Below, piece after piece: positions 1 through 7,678 of a stretch of DNA of 64,000 bases. A program made the position numbers and the translations under genes. Positions within the stretch are counted from its first letter, which is position 1, and the number at the start of each line of letters is the position of its first letter. The stretch lies in assembly GCA_958439195.2 (NCBI GenBank), contig CAXXOC010000026.1, positions 339 through 64,338 of the forward strand, written 5' to 3'. The stretch is from an uncultured Rhodobacteraceae bacterium. Lineage in GTDB: Bacteria; Pseudomonadota; Alphaproteobacteria; Rhodobacterales; Rhodobacteraceae. Below the pieces are notes generated by a model. It was not told the origin of the DNA and did no database searches. It saw only the letters and a list, made by a program, of their open reading frames with translations.

Positions 1-386
1 TGGAGGCGTCAATCGCTTTCTACCGGCTTCTGGGGCTAGAAGAGACGCGCCGCTATGACAACGAAGGTGGGCGGTTCACGCTGGTTTTCATGGCCCCGCC
101 CGGACAGCCGGACTGTCCGGTGGAACTGACCTATAATTGGGATGGTGATGATGGCCTTCCCAGTGACAGCCGCCATTTCGGGCATCTGGCCTATGAGGTG
201 GATGACATCCACGCCACCTGCGCACATTTGCAGGCCAATGGCGTGGTGATCAACCGCCCGCCGCGCGATGGCCGGATGGCCTTTGTGCGCAGCCCTGACA
301 ATATCTCGATCGAGTTGTTGCAAAAGGGTGGCGCGCTGGAACCGGCAGAGCCGTGGAAAAGCATGGCCAGCGTGGGGCATTGGTAA
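1..386 (+). CDS. gloA: Lactoylglutathione lyase (glyoxalase I), 5'-partial at window edge
   Basis: The frame of ORF 90..386 stays open back to the window start. The translation ...FTLVFMAPPGQPDCPVELTYNWD...HFGHLAYEVDDIHATCAHLQANGVVINRPPRDGRMAFVRSPDNISIELLQ is typical of the VOC/glyoxalase I family. Confidence 0.8.
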   Translation, partial: EASIAFYRLLGLEETRRYDNEGGRFTLVFMAPPGQPDCPVELTYNWDGDDGLPSDSRHFGHLAYEVDDIHATCAHLQANGVVINRPPRDGRMAFVRSPDNISIELLQKGGALEPAEPWKSMASVGHW

Positions 387-472
387 GCGGCGGTGGGGGG
401 GCAACCGTCCCCCCACCCCACCCCTGTGGCGGATAAACCATAGGTCGTTTGCTTGAAGGGATCGTAGATTGA

Positions 473-496
473 GTATTTTTGCCAAGGTGGATTGGC
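473..496. repeat. Truncated copy of the GTATTTTTGCCAAG... palindromic repeat family
   Basis: GTATTTTTGCCAAGGTGGATTGGCA resembles one arm of the 20-nt inverted-arm module seen at ~7007-7056 and ~10940-10978. Confidence 0.4.
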
Positions 497-499
497 ACG

Positions 500-1555
500 T
501 TAGAAGGTCCACCGGGTAAGCGTATCGGGGCCGAGTTGGGTAGTGTCCCGCCACGTTGGACGCGGAGCATCGCCGAGCGACGCAAGGCCAAGCGGGCCTA
601 GAACGGGAATGCCGTCACCACCGATCAGGCAGCCCGCCTGAAACAGCGCAAGTTCATCGACAAGGTTTTCGCAGATCAAGGCCGCAGCGAATTGGCCACC
701 GGCTTCGATCAAGACACGGGTAAGTCCTTCTTTGGCGAGCAGACGAAAGGTCGCCAACAGGTCCAGATGCGGGCCATTGGCCGGGGCTTCGATCAGACGG
801 GCAGAGGTTGCCGCCCAGTCTGGGGTGGCGGGGCTGCTATGCATCACCCACACCGGGCTTTGGGCGGCAGATTGGCCCAGCCGGGATGAGGCAGGGGTGC
901 GCAAACGGGCATCAGCCAGAATCCGAACGGGTTGATGCGTGGCACCGATATCGCGCGCCGTCAGGTCAGGATCATCCGCAAGGGCGGTGGCAGAGGTGGT
1001 CAGCACCGCATCATGCGCAAGCCGCATCAGATGTACGGCACGGCGGGCTGCCGGTCCGGTGATCCAACGGCTTTCGCCCGAAGATGTCGCAATGCGGCCA
1101 TCCAGCGTGCTGGCGAGCTTTAATGTCACAAAGGGCAGACCTTTGGTGATGCGCTTCAGGAACCCCGCCTGCAAACCACGCGCGCGCGGTTCTAGGATAC
1201 CTTCCGTAACCGCAATCCCCGCAGCCCGCAGCGCGGCATGACCCCGTCCCGACACGCGGGGATCGGGGTCGGTATGCGCCGTCACCACACGGGCAAGGCG
1301 CGCCGCGACAAGCGCGTCGGCACAAGGCGACGTGCGGCCATGATGCGCACAGGGTTCCAGCGTGACATAGGCGGTGGCCCCTTCGGCCAAGGCTCCTGCC
1401 TGTGCCAGGGCCATGCGTTCGGCATGGGGGCGGCCGCCCGGTTGTGTCCATCCGCGCCCGACGATACGGCGATCCTTTACGATCACGCAGCCGACCGCCG
1501 GGTTCGGCCATGTGCGACCAAGCCCCCGCGCAGCCAGCGCGAGGGCGTGGGACAT
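500..1555 (-). CDS. ribD: Bifunctional riboflavin biosynthesis protein RibD (pyrimidine deaminase / uracil reductase)
   Basis: MSHALALAARGLGRTWPNPAVGCVIV...HAERMAL...TLEPCAHHGRTSPC is a CMP/dCMP-type deaminase zinc motif, followed by a RibD C-terminal reductase domain. I chose the internal ATG at 1555; the track ORF extends to 1732 without homology-like sequence. Confidence 0.9.
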   Translation of the reverse strand: MSHALALAARGLGRTWPNPAVGCVIVKDRRIVGRGWTQPGGRPHAERMALAQAGALAEGATAYVTLEPCAHHGRTSPCADALVAARLARVVTAHTDPDPRVSGRGHAALRAAGIAVTEGILEPRARGLQAGFLKRITKGLPFVTLKLASTLDGRIATSSGESRWITGPAARRAVHLMRLAHDAVLTTSATALADDPDLTARDIGATHQPVRILADARLRTPASSRLGQSAAQSPVWVMHSSPATPDWAATSARLIEAPANGPHLDLLATFRLLAKEGLTRVLIEAGGQFAAALICENLVDELALFQAGCLIGGDGIPVLGPLGLASLGDAPRPTWRDTTQLGPDTLTRWTF

Positions 1556-1586
1556 ATGAACCTCGTCTTCGGTCACATCCTGCCCG

Positions 1587-2054
1587 TCACTCTTCCGGGC
1601 CGCTGCCGGGGCGCAATTCGCTGACGAATTTGTCAAAATCATCCGCCGCCTGGAAGTTCTTGTAAACACTGGCAAAACGGACATAGGCCACGGTATCGAT
1701 CCGGGCCAGGGATTCCATGACAATCTCGCCAATCACCTTGGACGAAATGTCGGTTTCACCCAAGGATTCCAGCCGCCGCACGATGCCGGAAATCATCTGG
1801 TCAATGCGTTCGGGATCAATCGGTCGCTTCTGCATGGCGATGCGGATCGAACGTTCCAACTTGGTCCGGTCGAAATCTTCGCGCTTCCCGGATGACTTGA
1901 TAACCACCAGATCGCGCAGTTGCACACGTTCATAGGTCGTAAAGCGGCCCCCGCAGGCCGGGCAAAAACGCCGCCGACGGATGGATACATGGTCCTCGGC
2001 GGGACGGCTGTCCTTCACCTGAGTGTCGATATTGCCGCAGAATGGGCAGCGCAT
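1587..2054 (-). CDS. nrdR: Transcriptional repressor NrdR
   Basis: [46 protein letters not shown] is the NrdR zinc ribbon, followed by an ATP-cone. The conserved nrdR-ribD pairing is present. Confidence 0.95.
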   Translation of the reverse strand: MRCPFCGNIDTQVKDSRPAEDHVSIRRRRFCPACGGRFTTYERVQLRDLVVIKSSGKREDFDRTKLERSIRIAMQKRPIDPERIDQMISGIVRRLESLGETDISSKVIGEIVMESLARIDTVAYVRFASVYKNFQAADDFDKFVSELRPGSGPEE

Positions 2055-2215
2055 GGGCCCCCTCCTTGCTTGTTGTTGGTTACGCCTGCCTCATGCCGGG
2101 GTGTTCCCCCCGGTTTGGCCCAAACTATAGGGGGGGAAGCGAGGTTTCGCCTAGAGGGAACTGCGCAGCCCCACATGCAGGGCGGGCGATGTGTGGCGGC
2201 GGAGACTCAGGTTGG

Positions 2216-2503
2216 TCACCCGAACAAAGCCAGGCCAAGCTGATCAATCGCTTGCTTGGCCTTTGCGACCGAAGCATCCACCGCCTCGTCCCGTGTGCTG
2301 CGAGTGTCGGCCCGGATCAGGCGGTGCGTCTTTGTTTCGCCATCGATCGTCTTTTCGATCCGCGCAGCGATGCGGTAGACAGCGCCTTCAGCAATAGGTT
2401 CAGGAATGATCTGAAAGTCATTATGCACAATGGCGGATGCTGCCGCTTCGGTCCTCGTGGTCGGGGCGGATGACCCAAAGATCCGGGAAAAGAATGAGGG
2501 CAT
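2216..2503 (-). CDS. Small HlyU-family (PF10115-like) protein
   Basis: MPSFFSRIFG...DFQIIPEPIAEGAVYRIAARIEKTIDGETKTHRLIRADT...AKAKQAIDQLG matches my memory of the ~95-aa Rhodobacterales proteins annotated as HlyU family. The start is taken at the internal Met; the track ORF runs to 2608. Confidence 0.55.
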   Translation of the reverse strand: MPSFFSRIFGSSAPTTRTEAAASAIVHNDFQIIPEPIAEGAVYRIAARIEKTIDGETKTHRLIRADTRSTRDEAVDASVAKAKQAIDQLGLALFG

Positions 2504-2641
2504 GGAGTTTCCTGTATCAGCTTGTCCGCCACGCGGATGGTGCCGGGCCTTTGTTTTGTTCAGGTGCCTAGCCGGTTTCTGGCAACGACCATTGCAATCC
2601 ACCCCCATCGCATCCGTTCAGAATTGGTGAGAAAATACCCC

Positions 2642-2683
2642 GGAAAAGCAGCCCTTGCGACGAACTAAGTTCCCCGCAAGGGC
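2642..2683 (-). terminator. Rho-independent terminator downstream of rpoD
   Basis: Hairpin GCCCTTGCG-N15-CGCAAGGGC (~2651-2683), followed on the minus strand by TGCTTTTCC. A T-run also follows on the plus strand, so it may act in both directions. Confidence 0.6.
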
Positions 2684-2721
2684 ACGGTCTTTTTGCAGCC
2701 AGGAAACCTGATGGTCTCTGG

Positions 2722-4719
2722 TCACTGATCCAGGAAGCTCCGCAGCTTCCGGCTTCTGCTCGGATGCTTCAGCTTCCGCAGCGCCTTCGCCTCGATCTGG
2801 CGGATACGTTCGCGGGTCACGCTGAACTGCTGGCCCACCTCTTCCAAAGTGTGATCCGTGTTCATCCCGATGCCAAATCGCATCCGCAACACCCGCTCTT
2901 CCCGTGGCGTCAGTGATGCCAAAACGCGCGTCGTGGTTTCCTTCAGGTTTTCCTGAATGGCGCTGTCCAACGGCAGGATCGCATTCTTGTCTTCGATGAA
3001 ATCGCCAAGCTGGCTGTCTTCCTCATCCCCGATGGGCGTTTCCAGCGAAATGGGTTCCTTGGCGATTTTCATCACCTTGCGAACCTTTTCCAACGGCATT
3101 TGCAGCTTTTCGGCCAATTCTTCCGGCGTCGGTTCGCGGCCGATTTCGTGCAGCATCTGCCGCCCGGTGCGGACCAGTTTGTTGATCGTTTCGATCATGT
3201 GAACCGGAATACGGATCGTGCGCGCCTGATCGGCGATGGACCGGGTGATCGCCTGACGGATCCACCATGTCGCATAGGTCGAAAACTTATAACCGCGGCG
3301 GTATTCGAATTTATCAACCGCCTTCATCAGCCCGATATTGCCTTCCTGGATCAGGTCAAGGAATTGCAGGCCGCGGTTGGTATATTTTTTGGCGATGGAA
3401 ATCACCAGACGAAGGTTCGCCTCGACCATTTCCTTCTTGGCCTGACGCGCCTCTTTTTCGCCCTTCTGCACCTGATTTACGATGCGGCGGAATTCGCTGA
3501 TGTCGACGCCGATATACTGTCCGACCTGCGCCATTTCGGCGCGCAGATCTTCAACCTTGTCGCGCGATTTTTCCATCAGCGCCTGCCAACCCCGGCCCGC
3601 CTTGGCGGCCATACGGTCCAGCCAGGTGGGATCAAGCTCATAGCCCTGATATTCGTCGATGAATTCGCGGCGGTTGATGCGGGCGGCATCGGCCAGCTTC
3701 ACCATGTTGGAATTGATCGCCATGATCTTGCGGTTGATGCCATACAACTGGTCGATCAGCGCCTCGATCCGGTTGTTGTGCAGATGCAGCGCATTGACCA
3801 ACGTCACGATTTCCGACCGCAGCTTTTGATAGGCGGCCTCGTCGGATGCCGAATAGCTGGCGGTTTCCGACAGGGTGGCCGACATGCGCAGATCCTGCAT
3901 TTCGGCTAGCTTGGCGTAATCACGCGCGATGATTTCCAGCGTTTCCAGAACCTTGGGCTTCAGCGCCGCTTCCATAGCGGCCAGCGACATGGCGCTGGCT
4001 TCGTCGTCGTCATCCTCTTCCTCGGCGCGCATGATGGGGTTGCCATCGGCGTCAAGCTCCGGCTCGGCGCTGCCACCTGCACGGCGCGGGGCTGCGGCGG
4101 ACATGTCCACCTCATCCAGCGCCGGGCCGCCTTCCATGTCATCCTCGCCGTCAAGCGACCGACCAAAGGTGGCCTCAAGGTCGATCACGTCGCGCAGAAG
4201 AATGTCTTCGTTCAGAAGTTCGTCACGCCAGATGGTGATGGCCTGAAAGGTCAGCGGGCTTTCGCACAGGCCCGCGATCATCGTGTTGCGGCCGGCCTCA
4301 ATCCGCTTGGCGATGGCAATCTCACCCTCGCGCGACAAAAGTTCGACAGACCCCATCTCGCGCAGATACATCCGCACCGGGTCATCGGTGCGGTCCAGCG
4401 TTTCGGTCGTGGCCCCCACAACCGCCACTTCGCGTGACGTGGAAGAGGTTTCCACCAACTCGCCCACGACTTCGCCTTCTTCGGCCTCATCGTCCTCGAT
4501 GACGTTGATGCCCATCTCCGACAGCATCGACATCACGTCTTCGATCTGTTCCGACGACACCTGTTCCGGCGGCAGCACGGTGTTGAGCTGTTCATAGGTG
4601 ATGTAGCCACGCTCGCGCGCATCGGCGATCATCTTCTTGACCGCAGCCTGGCTCATGTCGAGCGAGACATCGGCTTCCTGCTCTTCGGGCTTCGCGTCGT
4701 CAGTGTCTTTGATTGCCAT
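2722..4719 (-). CDS. rpoD: RNA polymerase primary sigma factor RpoD (sigma-70)
   Basis: Acidic region 1, then [63 protein letters not shown] and a region 4 HTH ([27 protein letters not shown]). Start taken at MAIKDTDD (4719). Confidence 0.97.
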   Translation of the reverse strand: MAIKDTDDAKPEEQEADVSLDMSQAAVKKMIADARERGYITYEQLNTVLPPEQVSSEQIEDVMSMLSEMGINVIEDDEAEEGEVVGELVETSSTSREVAVVGATTETLDRTDDPVRMYLREMGSVELLSREGEIAIAKRIEAGRNTMIAGLCESPLTFQAITIWRDELLNEDILLRDVIDLEATFGRSLDGEDDMEGGPALDEVDMSAAAPRRAGGSAEPELDADGNPIMRAEEEDDDDEASAMSLAAMEAALKPKVLETLEIIARDYAKLAEMQDLRMSATLSETASYSASDEAAYQKLRSEIVTLVNALHLHNNRIEALIDQLYGINRKIMAINSNMVKLADAARINRREFIDEYQGYELDPTWLDRMAAKAGRGWQALMEKSRDKVEDLRAEMAQVGQYIGVDISEFRRIVNQVQKGEKEARQAKKEMVEANLRLVISIAKKYTNRGLQFLDLIQEGNIGLMKAVDKFEYRRGYKFSTYATWWIRQAITRSIADQARTIRIPVHMIETINKLVRTGRQMLHEIGREPTPEELAEKLQMPLEKVRKVMKIAKEPISLETPIGDEEDSQLGDFIEDKNAILPLDSAIQENLKETTTRVLASLTPREERVLRMRFGIGMNTDHTLEEVGQQFSVTRERIRQIEAKALRKLKHPSRSRKLRSFLDQ

Positions 4720-4842
4720 GGGTGCTCCTCGGGCGCGGGGCGGATGCGAATCGGTTCGCCTGCAACGAATCAATAACGCGAATCACGGTGGGTTAAAGGG
4801 TGCGGGCGGTGATTCTTTCGTATTCTTTGGGGTTTTTGCGGG

Positions 4843-6837
4843 TCAATGGCGGCGCGACGGGCGGTCAAAGCGGATGCTTTCGAACACCTTCCGGGCCTCT
4901 TCTAGTTCCTCCTTGTCCAACGCGACGCCATTGGGCGAGATGACAGCCTCGCCGATCTTGTCCTGTGGGCCGCGATGCGCGGCGGCGCGCGCCTCGTTTG
5001 CCTTGGCGATGCGCCATGTCAACCCTTCATCGACGACGCCTTCGATATCCTGTTCCGCTTCCTCGATCTCGCGGCGGCGGCCACGTTCGGCCTGCAGGAT
5101 AAAGAAATCCTGCGCCAGCGCGAATTCGGCCCGTTCCGTATCGGCACTGTCCAGAAGGGCGGGTGCATTGCGGACATGGGAATGCGACAGCAGCGCGTCA
5201 AGCAGGGCGGGCGCTGCCTTTGCAACCTCGGCCTTCGGATCGGGGGCATCGGCATGGCACAAAAGCAGATCGCGCAGGATCCCGTGGCCATCACCGGTGC
5301 AATCAAGGCTTTCCAGGGCGGAATCGAACCGCGCGATCAAGGCAGGATGGGTGACAAGTGTGGCCAGGATCACAGCCTCGCGCAGCGCCTCTTCCACGGG
5401 TGCGGTGGCAGACCCCAAAAGCGAAAGGCGGGTCGTGTTCAACGGTGCGACGGGCTGGAAAACGAAACGGCCACCCGCCGCCCCCCCTGCCCGCCCCCCC
5501 ATCCTGGCAACACCTTGGCCACGGGGTGCATAGGGGCGAAACGGCTGTGCATTCTGCCCAAACAGATCCAGCCTAAGGCGTTTGATATCCTCGCCGTAAT
5601 GGGCGCGGATCGACGGGTCGGCGATGCGGCGCAGGGCTGCGCGCAGCGTCTTGTCCAATGCCGCCTTGCGTTCCGGGCTGTCGAAAACCTTGCCCTCTGT
5701 CTCGCGCCGCCACAGCAGGTTGACCATGGGCTGCGCGGCGTCGATCACCTTTTGCATGGCCGGCGCACCCTGCGCCTTGATCAGATCGTCCGGGTCCATC
5801 CCTTGCGGCAGAATGGCAAACCGAAGACCCTTTCCCGCCTCCAACAGCGGCAGGGCCAGGTCGATCACCCGCAACGCGGCGCGGATGCCTGCGGCATCAC
5901 CGTCCAACGCGATGATGGGTTCGTCATGGATGCGCCACAGCAGGCGCAGCTGATCCTCGGTCACCGCCGTGCCAAGCGGCGCCACCGTGGCACGGAACCC
6001 CGCCTCGGACAGGGCGATTACGTCCATGTAACCTTCGGCCACGATCAGCGGCAGACCTTTGCCCGCTGCCTCCCGCGCATGGGCCTGATTGTAAAGGTTG
6101 CGACCCTTGTCAAAGAGGTCCGTTTCTGGACCGTTCAGATATTTTGCCCGTGCATTTGGGTCCATCGCGCGGCCGCCCAGGCTGATGGCACGTCCCCGCG
6201 CATCCCGGATCGGAAAGATGATGCGGCCCCGAAAGCGGTCATAGGGCGGGCCGCCGTCATCGGGTTTGGCGCACAGCCCCGCATCTACGATCAGATCCGG
6301 CGCGATCCCCTTTTGTGTCAGCGCCTGAAACAACGCCTGCCGCTGATCAGGGGCAAAGCCGATATCCCACCGATCCTGCGCCGCTGGCGACAAACGCCGC
6401 TTCTCAAGATACGCCCGCGCCTCTGCCGCAGCCGAGGTCTTGAGTTGCAAACGAAACCACTTGACCGCCTCTTCCATCACCTGCGAAAGCAGGCTGCGCC
6501 GATCGGCCTTTTGCGCAGCTTGCGGGTCGCGCGCAGGCATCTGCATTCCCGCCTCGCGCGCCAGAATCTCGACCGCTTCCATGAAAGAGACGTTGTCGTT
6601 TTCCTTTACGAAGGTGACGGCGTCACCCTTTGCATGGCAACCGAAACAATAATAAAATCCTTTGCGATCATCGACATGAAAGCTGGCCGACCGCTCTTGA
6701 TGGAATGGACAGGGCGCCCACCAGTCGCCCTTGGCCATGTTGGACTTGCGCATGTCCCACGTGACCTTGCGCCCCACAACCTGGCTGAGGGACACACGGG
6801 TGCGGAGTTCATCAAGGAATCCGGGCGGCAGGGACAT
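4843..6837 (-). CDS. dnaG: DNA primase DnaG
   Basis: N-terminal zinc finger CPFHQERSASFHVDDRKGFYYCFGCHAKGD and a TOPRIM domain (LIVAEGYMDVIAL...IIALDGDAAG). It sits immediately upstream of rpoD, the classic dnaG-rpoD arrangement. Confidence 0.95.
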   Translation of the reverse strand: MSLPPGFLDELRTRVSLSQVVGRKVTWDMRKSNMAKGDWWAPCPFHQERSASFHVDDRKGFYYCFGCHAKGDAVTFVKENDNVSFMEAVEILAREAGMQMPARDPQAAQKADRRSLLSQVMEEAVKWFRLQLKTSAAAEARAYLEKRRLSPAAQDRWDIGFAPDQRQALFQALTQKGIAPDLIVDAGLCAKPDDGGPPYDRFRGRIIFPIRDARGRAISLGGRAMDPNARAKYLNGPETDLFDKGRNLYNQAHAREAAGKGLPLIVAEGYMDVIALSEAGFRATVAPLGTAVTEDQLRLLWRIHDEPIIALDGDAAGIRAALRVIDLALPLLEAGKGLRFAILPQGMDPDDLIKAQGAPAMQKVIDAAQPMVNLLWRRETEGKVFDSPERKAALDKTLRAALRRIADPSIRAHYGEDIKRLRLDLFGQNAQPFRPYAPRGQGVARMGGRAGGAAGGRFVFQPVAPLNTTRLSLLGSATAPVEEALREAVILATLVTHPALIARFDSALESLDCTGDGHGILRDLLLCHADAPDPKAEVAKAAPALLDALLSHSHVRNAPALLDSADTERAEFALAQDFFILQAERGRRREIEEAEQDIEGVVDEGLTWRIAKANEARAAAHRGPQDKIGEAVISPNGVALDKEELEEARKVFESIRFDRPSRRH

Positions 6838-6957
6838 GCCCCATATATCGGCCGCACAAGGCCCGAAGTCCAGTCATCATCCAGACGACGTGCGGGCAAG
6901 CCCGCCCGCCGACACCCATTCTCCCCAGCCGCGCCCTCCGGCGCGTCCGGGGCCCGT

Positions 6958-7080
6958 TTAGGGGGCGTTCCGCCCCCTCGGCGCATGCCGCGCCTCACTC
7001 CCTGAGGGTATTTGTGCCAAGATGAAAACCCACGGCTTCATCTTGGCATAAATACCGTGGGGTCCGGGGTGAAACCCCGG
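6958..7080. repeat. Composite palindromic intergenic repeat, copy A
   Basis: Hairpin AGGGGGCG-TTC-CGCCCCCT (~6960-6978), then the module ...CGGCGCATGCCGCGCCTCACTCCCTGAGGG. This is followed by 20-nt inverted arms GGTATTTGTGCCAAGATGAA / TTCATCTTGGCATAAATACC (~7007-7056) and the hairpin CCGGGG-TGAAA-CCCCGG (~7064-7080). Related copies lie at ~10880-10978 and ~26855-26942 (inverted). Confidence 0.8.
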
Positions 7081-7102
7081 TGGCAACCACAGGTGCCAGA
7101 TT

Positions 7103-7678
7103 TCAGGCAATCCGTGCACGTGCCGCCAGTAATTCCAATGCCTCGGCCAATTCTGACCAGGCCGTCCGGGCCATGGAGCGAAAGACCAGGATTTCAAAGG
7201 ACTCTATCCCCGTGCGGATCAGGATGGCCTGCATGTGGTTCAATGCCACACGCGCGGTGTGCCCCACAGGGAATGCATGGGCGCGCAGATCCATCGGAAC
7301 CGGGCGCATAAGTGCATCTGTCGCGGCAGGCCCGTGCAGCGTCAGGATCGCCCAACCATCCGTCTGATCCGTGACCGCGGCATGGTCCGTCAGCCCATCC
7401 GGCGCAACACTGCCGATCAGGAAGGCCTGATCACGGCCAGTCCAGACCAGCCGTCTGTCACCACTGACGGATTGCCTGCCCGGCGCCGGAAACGCCAGCG
7501 CAAGCGGCGCAAACACTGCATCCACCTGCGCCATTCTGCCCGGAAAGGGTGCAATGGAAATGATGGGCGTGGCCAGCCCCTCAGCCAAGGTGGTGTCAAG
7601 GCGGGTCAGGGGCGCATGGCCCGCAAGGGCCGATTTGGCGATAAGTTCAGGCACGCAGCTTTGCCCCTTCCTTGTCAT
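7103..7678 (-). CDS. soxG: Sarcosine oxidase subunit gamma
   Basis: 191-aa ORF immediately after soxA, with SoxG-like sequence (...WAILTLHGPAATDALMRPVPMDLRAHAFPVGHTARVALNHMQAILIRTG...). The ATG at 7678 overlaps the soxA end by 32 nt. An alternative GTG at 7654 gives a GTGCCTGA-type overlap with the soxA stop. Confidence 0.85.
   Translation of the reverse strand: MTRKGQSCVPELIAKSALAGHAPLTRLDTTLAEGLATPIISIAPFPGRMAQVDAVFAPLALAFPAPGRQSVSGDRRLVWTGRDQAFLIGSVAPDGLTDHAAVTDQTDGWAILTLHGPAATDALMRPVPMDLRAHAFPVGHTARVALNHMQAILIRTGIESFEILVFRSMARTAWSELAEALELLAARARIA

Noticed and set aside
2055-2215. Possible NrdR box (…CAAACTATAGGGGGG…) upstream of nrdR.
   Set aside because: It is only a weak half-match to the NrdR-box palindrome, there is no tandem second box, and nrdR autoregulation is not an established expectation.
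4975-7005. Very long antisense ORFs opposite strongly recognisable genes. Examples: 4975..7005 opposite dnaG, 8037..10046 opposite soxA, 17164..18606 opposite the pirin gene, 18613..20217 opposite hom, 23236..24879 opposite the CoA ligase, 39429..41201 opposite the RTX gene, 59572..61008 opposite ftsH, 61073..62185 opposite tilS.
   Set aside because: They are typical high-GC mirror-frame artefacts. Their composition is Arg/Pro/Gly/His-rich and I recognise no motifs. In every case the opposite strand encodes a protein with clear family signatures.
6958-7197. Short ORFs spanning the palindromic repeats (6958..7197, 10822..11031, 26859..27077), giving recurring ...FILAQ... / ...APRGRNAP... peptides.
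   Set aside because: The recurrence is explained by the DNA repeat itself. The frames differ between copies and there are no ribosome-binding sites.
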